Assembly: GCA_963785305.1 (NCBI GenBank)
Contig: CAWAUV010000008.1
Span: 1,312,001-1,376,000 of the forward strand
DNA from: an uncultured Planctomycetaceae bacterium
GTDB taxonomy: Bacteria; Planctomycetota; Planctomycetia; Pirellulales; PALSA-1355
Direction: 5' to 3'
DNA: 64,000 bases
The position numbers and the translations under genes were made by a program. Below are positions 20,209-32,094 of the stretch, in pieces. The notes below the pieces were generated by a model, which saw only the letters and a list, made by a program, of their open reading frames with translations, made no database searches and was not told the DNA's origin. The first letter of the stretch is position 1. Each line of letters opens with the position of its first letter.

Positions 20209-22686
20209 ATGTTCGCCTTTCGTCGCATTTGTTTCGGGTTTTGGGTTTCTTTGTTGTCGGGCGTGACTCTAGTCGGGTCCGCGCGAGTTTCGCGGGCGGG
20301 CGATTCGCTCGTCGCGGCCGAATCGCGCTCGGGCAACCCCTCGCCCATGCAAGCCCTGCGCGAAGCGCGTTTGGCGGTGCACGCCGAAATTCAGCGAATT
20401 CTTCAATCCGCCCGTCCCGCGAACCCCGATCCGCCAAGCTCCCGCCCAGCGCCCGAAAATGTCGAACGAAGCGAATCCGGGAAGACCCGCCTCGGCCTGT
20501 TGCGTTCGATCGACTCGGTGTATTTCCATCACGAGTCGCTCATCGAGCTCAAGGATCGACTCGAAGGCGATTTGAAAACCGTCGCGAGCCAGCAGGCCAA
20601 GTTCGACGAATTCGGCGTCGAGGAGCCGAAGCCCTATTCCTTCCGCTATTACGAATCGCTCCGCGATCAACAAGACAATGAAACGGTGCGGGCCGCGGCG
20701 ATCAAGGCCGACGCCAACAGCGCCAAACAATTGCTCGAAACCGCGCGGCGGGAGCTCGAGCGGGCCGTGGCGCATCGCCGCGGCGCCATCGCCGTCGGTC
20801 AGGAGCCCGAGCATTGGGACCCGGCCGCGCCGCTCGATGCTCATGGCCCCCGCGATCTCACGTCGCTACTCGAAGCCGCGCCGGCCGAATCGCTGGCCGT
20901 GATCCTGGCCCGGGCCAAATTGAGCTTGGCCGAGACCGATGTCGATGTGCAGAAGTCGCGGCTCGAAGTTTGTAAGAATCGACAAAAACTGATTCAAGAC
21001 CAGATCGATCGGGTCAAGACCGACGTTAAATTCTCGGCCGCCGACCGCGACGCCGAGCTCGAACGCCTTACCGCCCTCGAAAGCGAACTCGATAGCCAAC
21101 GTTCGCTCGCCGAGACACGATTCCATGAGCTGGAAGCCGATGATTCGGATTCGGGCGACAAACCGTCCGGCGTCGGCGCCGGGATTGGCGTGGGATCGCT
21201 CGAGCCGGCCGATCGATCGGGCGAGAGCGAAGTGTGGCGGGCGGCCCGCGAGATTTACAATGCGCACATTCTGCTCGTCGAACAACAGCGCGAGCAAATT
21301 GCCTCGATGCGGCGGCTCTGGAAGCATCGCCACGAATTCGCGGCCGGCGGCGTCGCTCCGCAAACCGCCAAACAGTGGCTCGCCGAGACCGACGAGTTCA
21401 TCGACGAATTGGCCGATTGGTCCAAGTCTTGGGATCATCGTCTGGGCGTGCTGGGTCAGACCGCAACTTTGCCCGCGCGTCGCGGCGCCGCGCCGCCAAA
21501 CGAGGAGAGCGCGAAGTGGAGTCAATATCGGCAGACGAGCTTCCAGCAGCTTCGCGCCGCTCACGACGCCGCCCGCCGCGAGGTCGCGCGGGCCGAACGC
21601 TCTTTCGGCCGCTTTCACGACGAGCTCAAAGCGATGGTCGCCAAGACCGCCAGCCCCAAGGGCCTGCTCGGCGCCATCCACGGCGCCTGGGACTGGGAAG
21701 TGCTCCACGACGAAAAAGAATCGATCACCTTCGGCAAATTGGTCGTGCTGTTGCTCTATGTGTTCGGCGGGCTCCTGCTCGCGTCGCTCGCCAGCCGGTT
21801 GGTTGGAATGGGACTGCTGCGGCGATTGCGATGGCATCATGGCCGGGCTTCGGCCTTCAAGTCGATCTTGTTCTATGGCTTGTTTTTGTTCTTCGGAGTC
21901 GTGGCGTTTCGGGCCTTGCGCATTCCGCTGGGAGCATTCGCCTTTTTGGGCGGCGCGGCGGCGATTGCCATTGGCTTCGGTAGCCAGGACATCATGAACA
22001 ATTTCATGAGCGGCATCATTCTGCTCACCGAGCAGCCGATTCGAGTGGGCGATGTGATTCTGCTCGAGGAGATCGAGGGCATGGTCACCTATATTGGGCT
22101 CCGCAGCACCCGTTTGCTCACGGAGGCGAACCATGAGATGATCGTGCCGAACAGCGCGCTGCTGGCCGACGCGGTGACGAACCTGACCCTCACCGATCAA
22201 TTCGTGCGACATGTTGTCACGATCGACGTCGACCGCAATCGTTCGGTGGCCGCAAGCAAGTTGCGCATGCTGCAACTCGTGTTTTCGCATCCCATGGTCA
22301 TCAAGTCGCCGCAGCCGGTGGTGTTGCTCACGGAAGTGGATTGCTACGCGCTGCGTTTTCAGGTTAATTTTTGGCTCGAGCATCGCAGCCTCGTGCGATG
22401 CTCGCAAGTGCGGAGCGAAATCTTGGAAATGATCACGGCCGAGTTCCCGTGCTTGGATGGCGATAGCCCGCCCGCGCCGGCGAGCGAGCCGGCCACGCGG
22501 GACTCGGCGGCGTCGCTCGATCACCAGCTTGATCGCGATTCTCACGACGTTCCCGACGATATGAACGACCACGAGCCGACGCCCAAGATTCATGTTCCCT
22601 CGATCCTTCCCAACGCGGCGCTGACCAAAAGCATCCGCCAAATGAGTCGGGCCGTGCTCAAAAAAGAGTTGAAGCAACTGCGGTGA
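20209..22686 (+). CDS. MscS-family mechanosensitive channel with large periplasmic coiled coil
   Basis: GGAAAIAIGFGSQDIMNNFMSGIILLTEQPIRVGD, IGLRSTRL, IVPNS. Start uncertain. Confidence 0.9.
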   Translation: MFAFRRICFGFWVSLLSGVTLVGSARVSRAGDSLVAAESRSGNPSPMQALREARLAVHAEIQRILQSARPANPDPPSSRPAPENVERSESGKTRLGLLRSIDSVYFHHESLIELKDRLEGDLKTVASQQAKFDEFGVEEPKPYSFRYYESLRDQQDNETVRAAAIKADANSAKQLLETARRELERAVAHRRGAIAVGQEPEHWDPAAPLDAHGPRDLTSLLEAAPAESLAVILARAKLSLAETDVDVQKSRLEVCKNRQKLIQDQIDRVKTDVKFSAADRDAELERLTALESELDSQRSLAETRFHELEADDSDSGDKPSGVGAGIGVGSLEPADRSGESEVWRAAREIYNAHILLVEQQREQIASMRRLWKHRHEFAAGGVAPQTAKQWLAETDEFIDELADWSKSWDHRLGVLGQTATLPARRGAAPPNEESAKWSQYRQTSFQQLRAAHDAARREVARAERSFGRFHDELKAMVAKTASPKGLLGAIHGAWDWEVLHDEKESITFGKLVVLLLYVFGGLLLASLASRLVGMGLLRRLRWHHGRASAFKSILFYGLFLFFGVVAFRALRIPLGAFAFLGGAAAIAIGFGSQDIMNNFMSGIILLTEQPIRVGDVILLEEIEGMVTYIGLRSTRLLTEANHEMIVPNSALLADAVTNLTLTDQFVRHVVTIDVDRNRSVAASKLRMLQLVFSHPMVIKSPQPVVLLTEVDCYALRFQVNFWLEHRSLVRCSQVRSEILEMITAEFPCLDGDSPPAPASEPATRDSAASLDHQLDRDSHDVPDDMNDHEPTPKIHVPSILPNAALTKSIRQMSRAVLKKELKQLR

Positions 22687-22693
22687 GAGTCCG

Positions 22694-23092
22694 ATGCACG
22701 CGCTGAAAACCACTTCGAGAATCCTGTTGGCGGTCTTCATGACCGGCGCCGGGATCATGCACTTCGTGAAGCCGGAATTTTATGTAAAGATCGTTCCACC
22801 CTATCTGCCGTGGCACTGGGCCTTGGTGTGGGTGAGCGGGGCGTGCGAAGCGGGGCTGGGGCTCGCGCTTTTCTTTCGACCCTCGTCGCGATGGGCGGCT
22901 TGGGGGATTGTCGCTCTATTGATCGCGGTGTTTCCGGCGAACATTTATCTCTATCAGCATCAGGAGCTATTGCCCGCGCCGCCTTGGGTGCATTTGGCTC
23001 GACTGCCGCTGCAAGGCGTGTTGATGCTCTGGGCCTACTGGCACACGCTTCCCGACCGGAAGCGCGAGCCCGCGCTTGCCGAGACCCGGTGA
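22694..23092 (+). CDS. DoxX-like membrane protein
   Basis: AGIMHFVKPEFYVKIVPPYLP, LVWVSGACE, LIAVFPANIY, ARLPLQ. Confidence 0.85.
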   Translation: MHALKTTSRILLAVFMTGAGIMHFVKPEFYVKIVPPYLPWHWALVWVSGACEAGLGLALFFRPSSRWAAWGIVALLIAVFPANIYLYQHQELLPAPPWVHLARLPLQGVLMLWAYWHTLPDRKREPALAETR

Positions 23093-23139
23093 GCCGCGCC
23101 TGCGCCGAAACATTCTCGCGAATGCTCGCCGGCGGCTCG

Positions 23140-24652
23140 TTAGATGCCGTAAAGCGGCCCTAGTTTGCCCCGGAGGTAATCCACCAGCGGGGCATGTTCG
23201 AGCGGGCGGCCGGTCAATCGCTCGATCAGTTCCGCGGCGGTATCGCGCTGACCGACGCGATGCACATGCGCATGCAGCCAGTCGCCCAACGGTCGAAATT
23301 CGCCGCGGGCAAACGACTCGGCCAGCGGGCCAACGTCTTTTTCCGCTTGGGCATACAACTGGGCCGCATGGAGATTGCCCAGCGAATAGGTCGGAAAATA
23401 GCCGACCAAACCAGCCGCCCAGTGGATGTCTTGCAACACGCCCAGGCTATCGTTCGGCGGCTCGATGCCCAAATATTCACGATACTTCGCATTCCAAGCC
23501 GCGGGCAGATCGCCGACGCGCAGATTGTCGGCCAGGAGCTCTTGCTCGAGCTCGAAGCGAATGAGGATATGCAAATTGTAGGTGGCTTCGTCGGCTTCCA
23601 CGCGCACCAGCGACGGCTGCACGTCGTTGATGGCGAAATAGAAATTATCGAGCGTTTCCTCGGCGAGCGCATCTGGAAAAGTTTGCCGCGCCGCCGGAAA
23701 GAAATGCCGCCAAAACGCATGCCCGCGGCCAACCAGATTCTCCCACATTCGGCTTTGCGATTCGTGAATGCCCAGCGAAATCGCCTCGCCGGTCGGCAGC
23801 CCATAATCCTCGGGCGCCAGGCCCTGATCGTAGAGCCCATGGCCGGCTTCGTGCAAAATGCCGAAAAATGCGGTCGAGAAAAAGTTTTCGTCGTAGCGGG
23901 TCGTGATGCGGCAATCGTTCGGTCCGACGCCGGAGCAGAACGGATGCACGGTGGTGTCGAGCCGGCCGCGACGAAAATCGAACCCGATCGCCGCCGCCGC
24001 CCCGCGTCCAAACGCTTCTTGCTGGGCCGCGGGGTAATGCCGCTTGAGCGGTGCGAGGTTCGGGCGGCGCTTGCTCGCCGCGATCTCGGCCACGAGCGGC
24101 ACCAGCTCCGCGCAGTTGCGTGAGCACCTCGGCCACATCCTTGGTCAGGGCGTGCGGTTCGTAATCGTCCAGGAGGGCATCGTAGGGTGAGTCGCTGTAG
24201 CCGATCGCCGCCGCTTGCTGCCGCTTGAGCGCGAAGGTCCGCGCCAGCAGCGGCTCGAACGACGCATAATCATTGTTGGCCCGGGCCGATTGCCAAACAT
24301 GCTGGGCGAGTGAGGCGGTTCGCGTGAGCTCCTCGACGAGCGACTGCGGCAACTTGCGCCGTTTGTCGAACTCGCGCCGCAGATGGTGAATCGTCGCGCC
24401 CGTGTCGCTGTGCGGATCGTCCGCGAGCCTGCTCGCGGCGAGCTCGGCGAGCCAATCGCCGATGCGCGGATCGGTGCGGCGCTGATGGATCATGCCGGCG
24501 AGCAGCGTGATTTGCTCGGCGCGAAACTCGGCGCCTTCGGCCGGGAGCAACGTGCGTTCGTCCCAGCCGAGCAGCCCTTCGGCCGCAATCAAAAGCGCGG
24601 TCTCCCGCGCGTGCTGGCAAAGTTGGTTGTAGATGTTTTGCGCGTCGGCCAT
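23140..24652 (-). CDS. Carboxypeptidase Taq, peptidase M32 (frameshift near 24110)
   Basis: LLGWDERT, PYDALLDDYEP, HPFC, LHEAGHGLY, HESQSR, RVEADE, QDIHW, GYFPTYSLG. Confidence 0.93.
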
Positions 24653-24852
24653 TGAGAATGGTTTCTGACGTTTGCCGGTCCCGAAGTGCAAAATTCGCGG
24701 CTCGCCGCTTTCCTGGCAAACGCCGCGAACATTCTTTCGCCGCTGCCGGATGCGGGCTTCACGATGGCGAGCCTAATGTGGTTGGCGGCGCGATGCAAGA
24801 GCCCCCACTCATATTCTGGAATCGCGGCGTCGACCGGGAGCCGCAAGCCGCT

Positions 24853-26309
24853 TCACTTCCCGATGCAGAATCGGCTGAACACGCGGTCGAGGATATCATC
24901 GGCGGCGATCGCGCCGGTCACTCGGCCCAGGGCGTCGAGCACGCGCGCAGTTCGGCGGCGATCAGTTCCTCGCCACCGCCTTGCTCAAGCAGCGCCAAGG
25001 CCGCCGAGAGCGATTCGCGCGCCGCGGCAAGGCTGGCGCGCGTGCGCTCGGCCGTGGCCAACACCGCGCCGCCCTCGCGCCGCGCTGGGCTTGCCAGGCG
25101 GCGCGCGAGCTCGCCTTTCAAGGAGTCGAGCCCGGCGCCGGTCGCGGCGCTGGTCACGATGGGGGATCGCGAACCCAAGCCGGCGATGATTGCCCCTTGG
25201 CTCGCGGCGTCGGGGCTCGAAGCCGCTGGCGCGTAGGCAATCGGCCTTGGTGACCACGATGAGCATTCGTTCGTCGGCCGCAGTTAGTTGCGAATGTTCC
25301 CAAGCGTCGAGCGGGCGCGTGGCGTCGAGGCAAAGCACGATCACATCGCCGCGCTCGCGCTCGCGCGCCGTGCAATGCCGCGCTGCCGCCGCCAACGTGA
25401 TCGGCGCGATTGCCTCAACAAGCTCGGGCGCCAAGCTTTCGTCGGCGCCGGCGGTGTCGATCAGTTCGCAGCGAGAGCCTGGCAATTCGAGTCTCGCGGA
25501 AACATAGTCGCGCGTAACGCCCGGGCGGTCGGCCACGATCGAGGCGTCGGCGCCGGCGAGCGCATTGAACAGGCTGCTTTTGCCGACATTGGGCCGGCCG
25601 CAGAACACCACGCGGGGCCTGTCCGCGGCCACGGCGCGTTCGGCCATTTGCCGCTCGACTTGCGTCACGCCGTCGCGAGCCTCTGCCAGTTTTCGCGTCA
25701 GCTCGGCGGCGGTGATGAACTCGATGTCTTCTTCCACGAAATCGAGCCCGGCCTCGAGCTCGGCCAAGAGATCGAGCAGTTGCTCGCGCGCCGCCCGCAA
25801 GGGACCGGTCAGCCCGCCGGCGAGTTGCTCGAGGGCAATGTTCAAATCATGGCGCCCCTGGGCATCGATCACGCCGAGCACCGCTTCGGCCTGGGCGAGG
25901 TCGATCCTTCCGGCCAAAAACGCCCGGAGCGTAAACTCGCCCGGCTCGGCCGCTCGCGCGCGGCGGCGATCGCCGCTCGCAGCACTGCGGCCACGAGCGG
26001 CTCGGCGCCAAACAGGTGCAGCTCCGCCAGCGGTTCGCGCGTGTAGCTGCGGGCGCCGGGCCAGAAGAATAAATCGACCGGGATACGAAGCGGCTCATGG
26101 GCCTCCGACCCGGCGGCCGCGGGGGGCGTCGCCACGCTGCCCGACACTCGCGTCGGCGCGGTGATCGGGTCGAGCGAGCGCGCGTCGTCGGACTGAAACA
26201 AGGCGCCAAGAACTTCGCGCGCTCGCGGTCCGCTCGAGCGCACGATTGCCCGGCCGGCGCCGCCCGGCGGCGAGGCAATGGCCGCGATCGTGTCGCCCAG
26301 ATGATACAT
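24853..26309 (-). CDS. mnmE: tRNA modification GTPase (several frameshifts)
   Basis: [46 protein letters not shown], and C-terminal [14 protein letters not shown] read by hand. Confidence 0.93.
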
Positions 26310-26354
26310 CGTGTTCGTGCGCCGGATTCTCGCTGGGGCCGTTCGCCGCGGCGC

Positions 26355-28758
26355 CTACTTGCGGCCGCGTTGCTTGGCCGATTTGCGCGGCGGATCATTG
26401 GCGCGGCCGGCGCCATTGGCGGAATCGACCGAGGGCGGCGCCAGCGGCGTGGCGGCCGTGGGCGATTTCGACGTGCCCGGCGGATGCAGCAGCTTGCGCT
26501 CGACGATGCCCCAGGTGCTCGAGGCGATGAAGTACAAGCACAAGCCGCTCGGCACTTTGAAAAACGTGATGCCCATGAAGACCATCATGTATTTCATGAT
26601 CTTTTGTTGCATTTCGGTGGCTTCATCGGTGGCAGGCGGCATGAACATTTTTTGCTGCCAGAGAAACAGACCGATCGTGACGATCGGAAACACATTGAAA
26701 TATGGCCCCACCGCGAAAATGCCGTTGCCCTCGTTGACCCAGTCGGGCATGAAGCGGCTCCAGTTCCAGAGCATGTCGGGCGCCGCGAGATTCGAGCACC
26801 AGCGAATCGAATCGCTAATTAGCGGCGCTTGCCGCAACTCGACATCCACGGCCAGCGAACGGTAGAGGCCCATGAAGATCGGCAACTGGATAAACGCCAT
26901 CAGACAGCCGCCAAACGGATTGAAGTTGTGCTTGGCGTACAATTCGCGCTGCGCTTTTTGCAACTGTTCGGGTTGCTTCTTGTATTTCTCCTGAATTGCC
27001 TTGATCTCGGGCTGAATCGACTGCATTTTCTGGGCGCTGAGCGCTTGTTTCTTGCTGAGCGGAAACATGCAGCCGCGCACCAGCACCGTGAGCATCACGA
27101 TCGCGATGCCGTAGTTATGCACGAGCCGATAAAAGCCGTGCAGCAGCATCAGCATCGGCTCGGCCACCCAGTCGAACCAGCCGTAGTAGATGAGTCCGCC
27201 CAGCCGCGCTTCGGGCGGTCCATAGTGATCCAAAAGCGCTGGCTGACGGGGGCCGAGAAACAGGGTGAACGAATGTTTCACCGCCGTGCGCGCCCGCTTC
27301 GAGCACGATCGGCTGGCTGGTCATGCGAAACGTGACATCGGTCAATTTGTAGTTGTCTTTTTCCTTGGGCACGTCGCCGGCCAGAATCGGCCGCACTTCC
27401 AAAAATCCGCTTTCCAGCTCCGGCGCCGGAATCAACGCGGTGGTGAAATACTGCGCGTCGACCGACACATATTGCACCGGCGACGTGGGCCACGCCGTGC
27501 TTTCCTTCTTGGCGATCGTGGCCGGCGCCACTTGGCCCGGCTTACCATGCTTGAATTTGCCCACCACATCGCGCAAGCCCACCGGCTCGAACCAGTAGCG
27601 GTTGATCTTGCTACCGTACCAGGCGCCTTCGAGCACCACGCCGGTAGGGCCATCGAATCGGTAGGCAATTTGCTTGTCGGCCTTGGCCGTGTTGCGCAGC
27701 TCGAGATCGATATCCAGATGATAGGCGGGCTGATCCGAGCCCAAGAGCGGATCGACTTTCGCCAGCCGATAGCGCTTCCGCACTTCGAGGCCCATGCTCG
27801 GCAACCGCTTGAGAAACACGGCCTCGGTCTCGTCGGCCGCTTCCACTTCCCAGCGCCTGCGCGCAGCTCGACTCCTGCGCAGCTCGGCGTCGCTGGGGGC
27901 GTCGTCCTCCAATCGCTTGTCGCCGACGCGCTCGAGCGTGAATAGCATCGAAAAGGGATCGTGCGCGTCGGTCACGACATCGAGCGGATGCGTGTCGTGC
28001 TCGGGCCGCAAAATCTGCACCGGCCGGCGACCCAGCTTGGGCGAGAGCTTGCGGCCATCGGCCAGCGCCAGTTCGATGATTTGGCCCGGCGTGGTGACTT
28101 CGAGCTTGGTTTCCATGTCGGCGGCCGAGAGGACCTTTTGTCCATCGATCGCCCAAACCACATCGCCCGGCTTCAGTCCGGCCTCGGCCGCGGGAGTGCC
28201 CCGGCCCACGATGCGCACCAGCGAGCCGGCTGCCTTGGGGGCATCGGTCGTGGCGAGAAAGCCGAGATAGCCGGCGCGGTCTTCGAGGTCGCTGTAGCGA
28301 TCGTTGTTGAGCTCGGCGCGTTCGATCGCCGCGCCCATGTTGGTGAGCGTCACCAGCATTCGGTAGGGATCGGCGGCATTGGCCGAACCGAGCGAAATCC
28401 ACTGGGGCTCGATTTTGGCTTCGGGCTTCTCGTCGGGCGCGGCCCGCGGCGCCTCATCGACGGGTTTTTCGGGGACCTGTTTTTCGGCGAGAGAGGCGTC
28501 GCTGTTCTTGGCGGTTTTCGCCGCATCGGCCGCTTCGTCGGGCTTGCCCTTCTCGGCATTGTTCTTGTCGGCGACATCTTTATCTTTGCCGGCAATATCC
28601 TTGTCGGCATTGGCATGCTCGCGATCGGCCTTGGCCTCCAGCCGATCCTTGTCGCGCAGGGCGACTTTTTTCGGCGGAAAGAGCCAACTCTGCACCGCGA
28701 GGTTCACGACCAGCACCAGTAGCGACGCGGCCAAGAAGGCCGCCATGCGTTTTTCCAC
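26355..28758 (-). CDS. yidC: Membrane protein insertase YidC with an inserted PDZ-like domain (frameshift near 27285)
   Basis: YGWF, NYGIAIVMLTVLVR, KMQSIQPEI, NPFGGCL..IQLPIF, VPSGLCLYFIAS; located upstream of mnmE. Confidence 0.92.
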
Positions 28759-29021
28759 GTTGAACTTGCTCCTCGATTCGCTGGACGGACTTCACACTGT
28801 CTCCAGGGACCCGCCCCAAGGAACAGCAATACATACACATGGGCGATGCTTCGCCGCTTCCCATCGCTCCGCGAACCGGCTGGCGATGGATGAACTCGGA
28901 CCGGCGGCGGGCCCGTTCGGCCAAACATTCCCGGGCCGGCGCGTCCCCAGTTCCGATGGCTCGTTCCGAGGACTCACCCCGATGGCTCGCCCCAATCGCG
29001 CTTCGCGGCCCGATCGCGCCC

Positions 29022-29833
29022 TTAGCGGCCCAGCCGCAGCCGGTCGCCGAGCGAGTTGTCCAAGTCCTGGATGTCGTAGATTTTGCGAGCTGTCTTATCG
29101 ACGTCGTACTCCACGCGACGAAACCGGAGCGTGGCGCCCGCGCCGGTCGCGTTTTCAATCGCGGCGGCCGAGCCCGGCGGAAACGCCGCGTTTGGCTCGC
29201 CATCTTCCAGCACCACATAGCAGGCGCGGGTCGCCATCGCGCGGCTGGCCGACCGAGCCGACATTGGTCATCGTCTTTTCATGACCGAAGCGATATTCGT
29301 AATTCAACTCTTCCGGCGTGCTGAAATTGAGGCTTTGGGTGAAGACGCCCGGCACATGCGTGTGTCCCTGAAAGCAATGATGCTCGATCACGGCGAAGAT
29401 TTTTTCCATCTTCCGCGGATGCAGCGTGTCTTCGGGAAACACATATTCATTGAGCGGATTGCGCCGAGCCATGGACGAACAAAAAGCCGTTTTCCCGCCG
29501 GTTGCGCGGCAGTTCGCCCAAGAAGTCCCAGCGGCGGGCATTGTCGGCCGGATTGCCGCGCGACGATTCTAGCTGCTCGCGCGTCCAGAAAATGGCGCGC
29601 TCGGCGCTGGTGTTGAATCCTTCGGGATCGAAGAGCGCGCCCTGGTCGTGGTTGCCCAACAGGCAAAAATCGCACTGCATCACTAGGTCGATGCACTCGC
29701 GCGGATTGGGACCATAGCCGATAATGTCGCCCAGACAGTAGACCTGCGTGATCCCCTGGCCGCGAATATCGGCGAGCACGGCTTCCAGCGCTTCGAGATT
29801 GCTGTGGATATCGCTGATTAATGCCCGTTTCAC
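29022..29833 (-). CDS. Calcineurin-like metallophosphoesterase (frameshifted)
   Basis: [57 protein letters not shown]. Confidence 0.88.
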
Positions 29834-30167
29834 ATCGAACTCACTGAATGAATGCTATCGCCGCTCGACGGACACCCCAAAAATCGCGAAACCGGCGCTG
29901 GCGCCACCGATCGGCCATCGCGCGCGTCCGATCGATCGGGCCCCATGTCGGCCCGATTGTCCGCCGGGGCGATGTCTCGAAGCTGCTCGACGGCGAAAAA
30001 TTCGCGCGAAGCCGAGAACATAAGTCTAAGACCAGTCAATTTTACCGTCAAGTCGGCCGCCCTCTTGCCCTCGGAGCCCGAAAGCGGCACATTGGCGAAT
30101 GGGTCGCCGCTGGGCCGCGAATTTCGCGCTCCCGGCCATCAATGCCCGACACACTTTTTGTAGCCGT

Positions 30168-30860
30168 ATGCGAATTCTAGCTTTGGAAACCAGCGGTCTT
30201 GCCGGCGGCGTGGCGGCGCTTGTCGACGGCGTCGTGCAATCGGCCCAATCGTTGCCCCCCGAACGTCGCAGCGCCCAAACCTTGGCTGCCGGCCTCGAAC
30301 GCCTGCTGGCCCAGGTCGGCTGGCGGCCCGGCGATGTCGAGCTCGTGGCCGTGGCCCAGGGGCCGGGCTCGTTTACGGGCCTGCGCGTCGGCGTGACCAC
30401 GGCCAAGACGCTGGCCTACGCGATCGGCTGCCCGGTGCTGGGAGTGAGCACGCTCGAGGCGATCGCGCTCCAAGCGCCGGCGGAATTCTCCTCGCTAGCC
30501 GTGGCGATGGACGCCCAGCGCGGCGAGCTGTTCGTCGGACGCTTCGCGCGCGATCCGGCCCGCGCCGACCAACTTTCATGGATCACCGACGCGGCGATCG
30601 AACCGGCGCGGGAGTTTCTCGAACGGCTCGCGCCGGGCGACGCCGCGACCGGCCCCGCGCTCGAAAAGCTGGAGGCCAAGGCGCCGGCGCACGCGCGAAT
30701 CGTGGCCCGCGAGTTTTGGCAGCCGGGCGCGGCGGCCGTGGGGCAGCTTGCTTGGCGCGATTTTGCCGCCGGCCGCCGCGACGACCCCTTCCAGCTCGCG
30801 CCGCTCTACCTTCGCCCCACCGCCGCCGAAGAACAATGGGCCCGCCGCGCGCCGGCTTGA
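30168..30860 (+). CDS. tsaB: t6A synthesis protein TsaB
   Basis: ILALETS, GPGSFTGLRVG, GVSTLEAIA, MDAQRGE, PLYLR. Confidence 0.93.
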   Translation: MRILALETSGLAGGVAALVDGVVQSAQSLPPERRSAQTLAAGLERLLAQVGWRPGDVELVAVAQGPGSFTGLRVGVTTAKTLAYAIGCPVLGVSTLEAIALQAPAEFSSLAVAMDAQRGELFVGRFARDPARADQLSWITDAAIEPAREFLERLAPGDAATGPALEKLEAKAPAHARIVAREFWQPGAAAVGQLAWRDFAAGRRDDPFQLAPLYLRPTAAEEQWARRAPA

Positions 30861-30952
30861 CCGGTTTCGGAATTCAGCGGCCACGCATTTCATTTCGCAT
30901 TCTTCTTCCGCTTCCGCTTTCGCCACCACCCAGACCACGATCGGATCTCTCC

Positions 30953-32017
30953 ATGCCTACTTTTTCCGCCGCTCAGCTCACGAACTATGCCGAGTCGCTT
31001 CTCGCCGCCGGTGGGCTCGAGCCGGACGAGGCGGCGCTCGTGGGCCGCAGTCTCGTCGAAGCGAACCTGCGCGGGCACGATTCCCATGGCGTGATGCGCA
31101 TTCCCGGCTATCTCGAGCAAGTGGCCAAGGGCGAGATCGTGCCCGGCGCTCCGCTCGAAGTGATTCGTGAAACGGCCGACGCGATCGTGGCCGACGGCCA
31201 CTGGGGATTCGGGCAAACGCAAGCCCAGCGGCTCACCGAGCGACTCGTCGAGAAAGCTCGCGCGGGCAGCGTGGCGGTGGGCACATTGATCCACTCGAGC
31301 CATATCGGGCGACTCGGCGAATATTGCGAACTGGCGGCCGACGCCGCGCTCGTGTCGATTGTGATGGCCAATACCCACGGCCACGCGCGGCGCGTCGCCC
31401 CGCCCGGCGGCAAAGCGCCGCGGCTGGGCACGAATCCGCTCGCCATCGGCGCGCCCCATGCCGAGGGGACTCTGGTGCTCGACTTCGGCACCAGCGCCAC
31501 CGCCGAGGGCAAGGTTCGCGTCAAACGCATTGCCGGCCAGATGTGCCCCGATGGCTGGCTGCTCGATAGCGACGGCCATCCGACAAACGACCCCAACACG
31601 CTCTACGGCAAGCCGCCCGGCACGATTCTGCCGATGGGCGGCGATCAGGCCTACAAAGGCTTTGGCCTGGGACTGATGGTTGAAATCTTCGCCGGCGCGC
31701 TTTCGGGCGGAGTCTGTATCCGCGAAACTCCGATCAACCAGAACGGCAACTGCGTGCTGATGCTGCTGCTCAATCCCGCAGGACTTGGCGGCGCGGCGCA
31801 CTACGCCAGCGAAGTCGCCGGCGTGGCCGAATTCATGCGATCATGTCCCCGAATCGAAGGCGTCGACGAAATCTTGCTCCCTGGCGATCCGGAGCGCCGC
31901 GCCGCGGCGATTCGCGGCAAGCAAGGCATTCCGCTCGACGACGGCAACTGGAACGAGCTCACGAAACTGGCGACCGGCTTGGGAGTGACGCCACCCGCGG
32001 CGAACGGCTCCGCCTAG
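30953..32017 (+). CDS. Ldh_2-family (malate/L-lactate/ureidoglycolate-type) oxidoreductase
   Basis: ANLRGHDSHG, SSHIGRLG, LGTNPLAIG, DFGTS, YKGFGLGLMVE, LLPGDPE. Confidence 0.9.
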   Translation: MPTFSAAQLTNYAESLLAAGGLEPDEAALVGRSLVEANLRGHDSHGVMRIPGYLEQVAKGEIVPGAPLEVIRETADAIVADGHWGFGQTQAQRLTERLVEKARAGSVAVGTLIHSSHIGRLGEYCELAADAALVSIVMANTHGHARRVAPPGGKAPRLGTNPLAIGAPHAEGTLVLDFGTSATAEGKVRVKRIAGQMCPDGWLLDSDGHPTNDPNTLYGKPPGTILPMGGDQAYKGFGLGLMVEIFAGALSGGVCIRETPINQNGNCVLMLLLNPAGLGGAAHYASEVAGVAEFMRSCPRIEGVDEILLPGDPERRAAAIRGKQGIPLDDGNWNELTKLATGLGVTPPAANGSA

Positions 32018-32019
32018 AA

Positions 32020-32094
32020 ACGGCTATCTCGAAAACCCCGTCTCCCTTCGGGAGAGGGCAGAGTGAGGGCTCACTGAAGTTCTCGAATAGGCGA
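32020..32094. repeat. Family B MITE copy (degenerate) between convergent genes
   Basis: CTCCCTTCGGGAGAGGGCAGAGTGAGGG core with GCTAT...ATAGGC ends. Confidence 0.65.

Noticed and set aside
550..29833. Programmed frameshifting or pseudogenisation in tilS, rny, ppdK, mnmE and yidC
   Set aside because: No common slippery motif, and the indels are scattered through essential genes; sequencing error is the simpler explanation.
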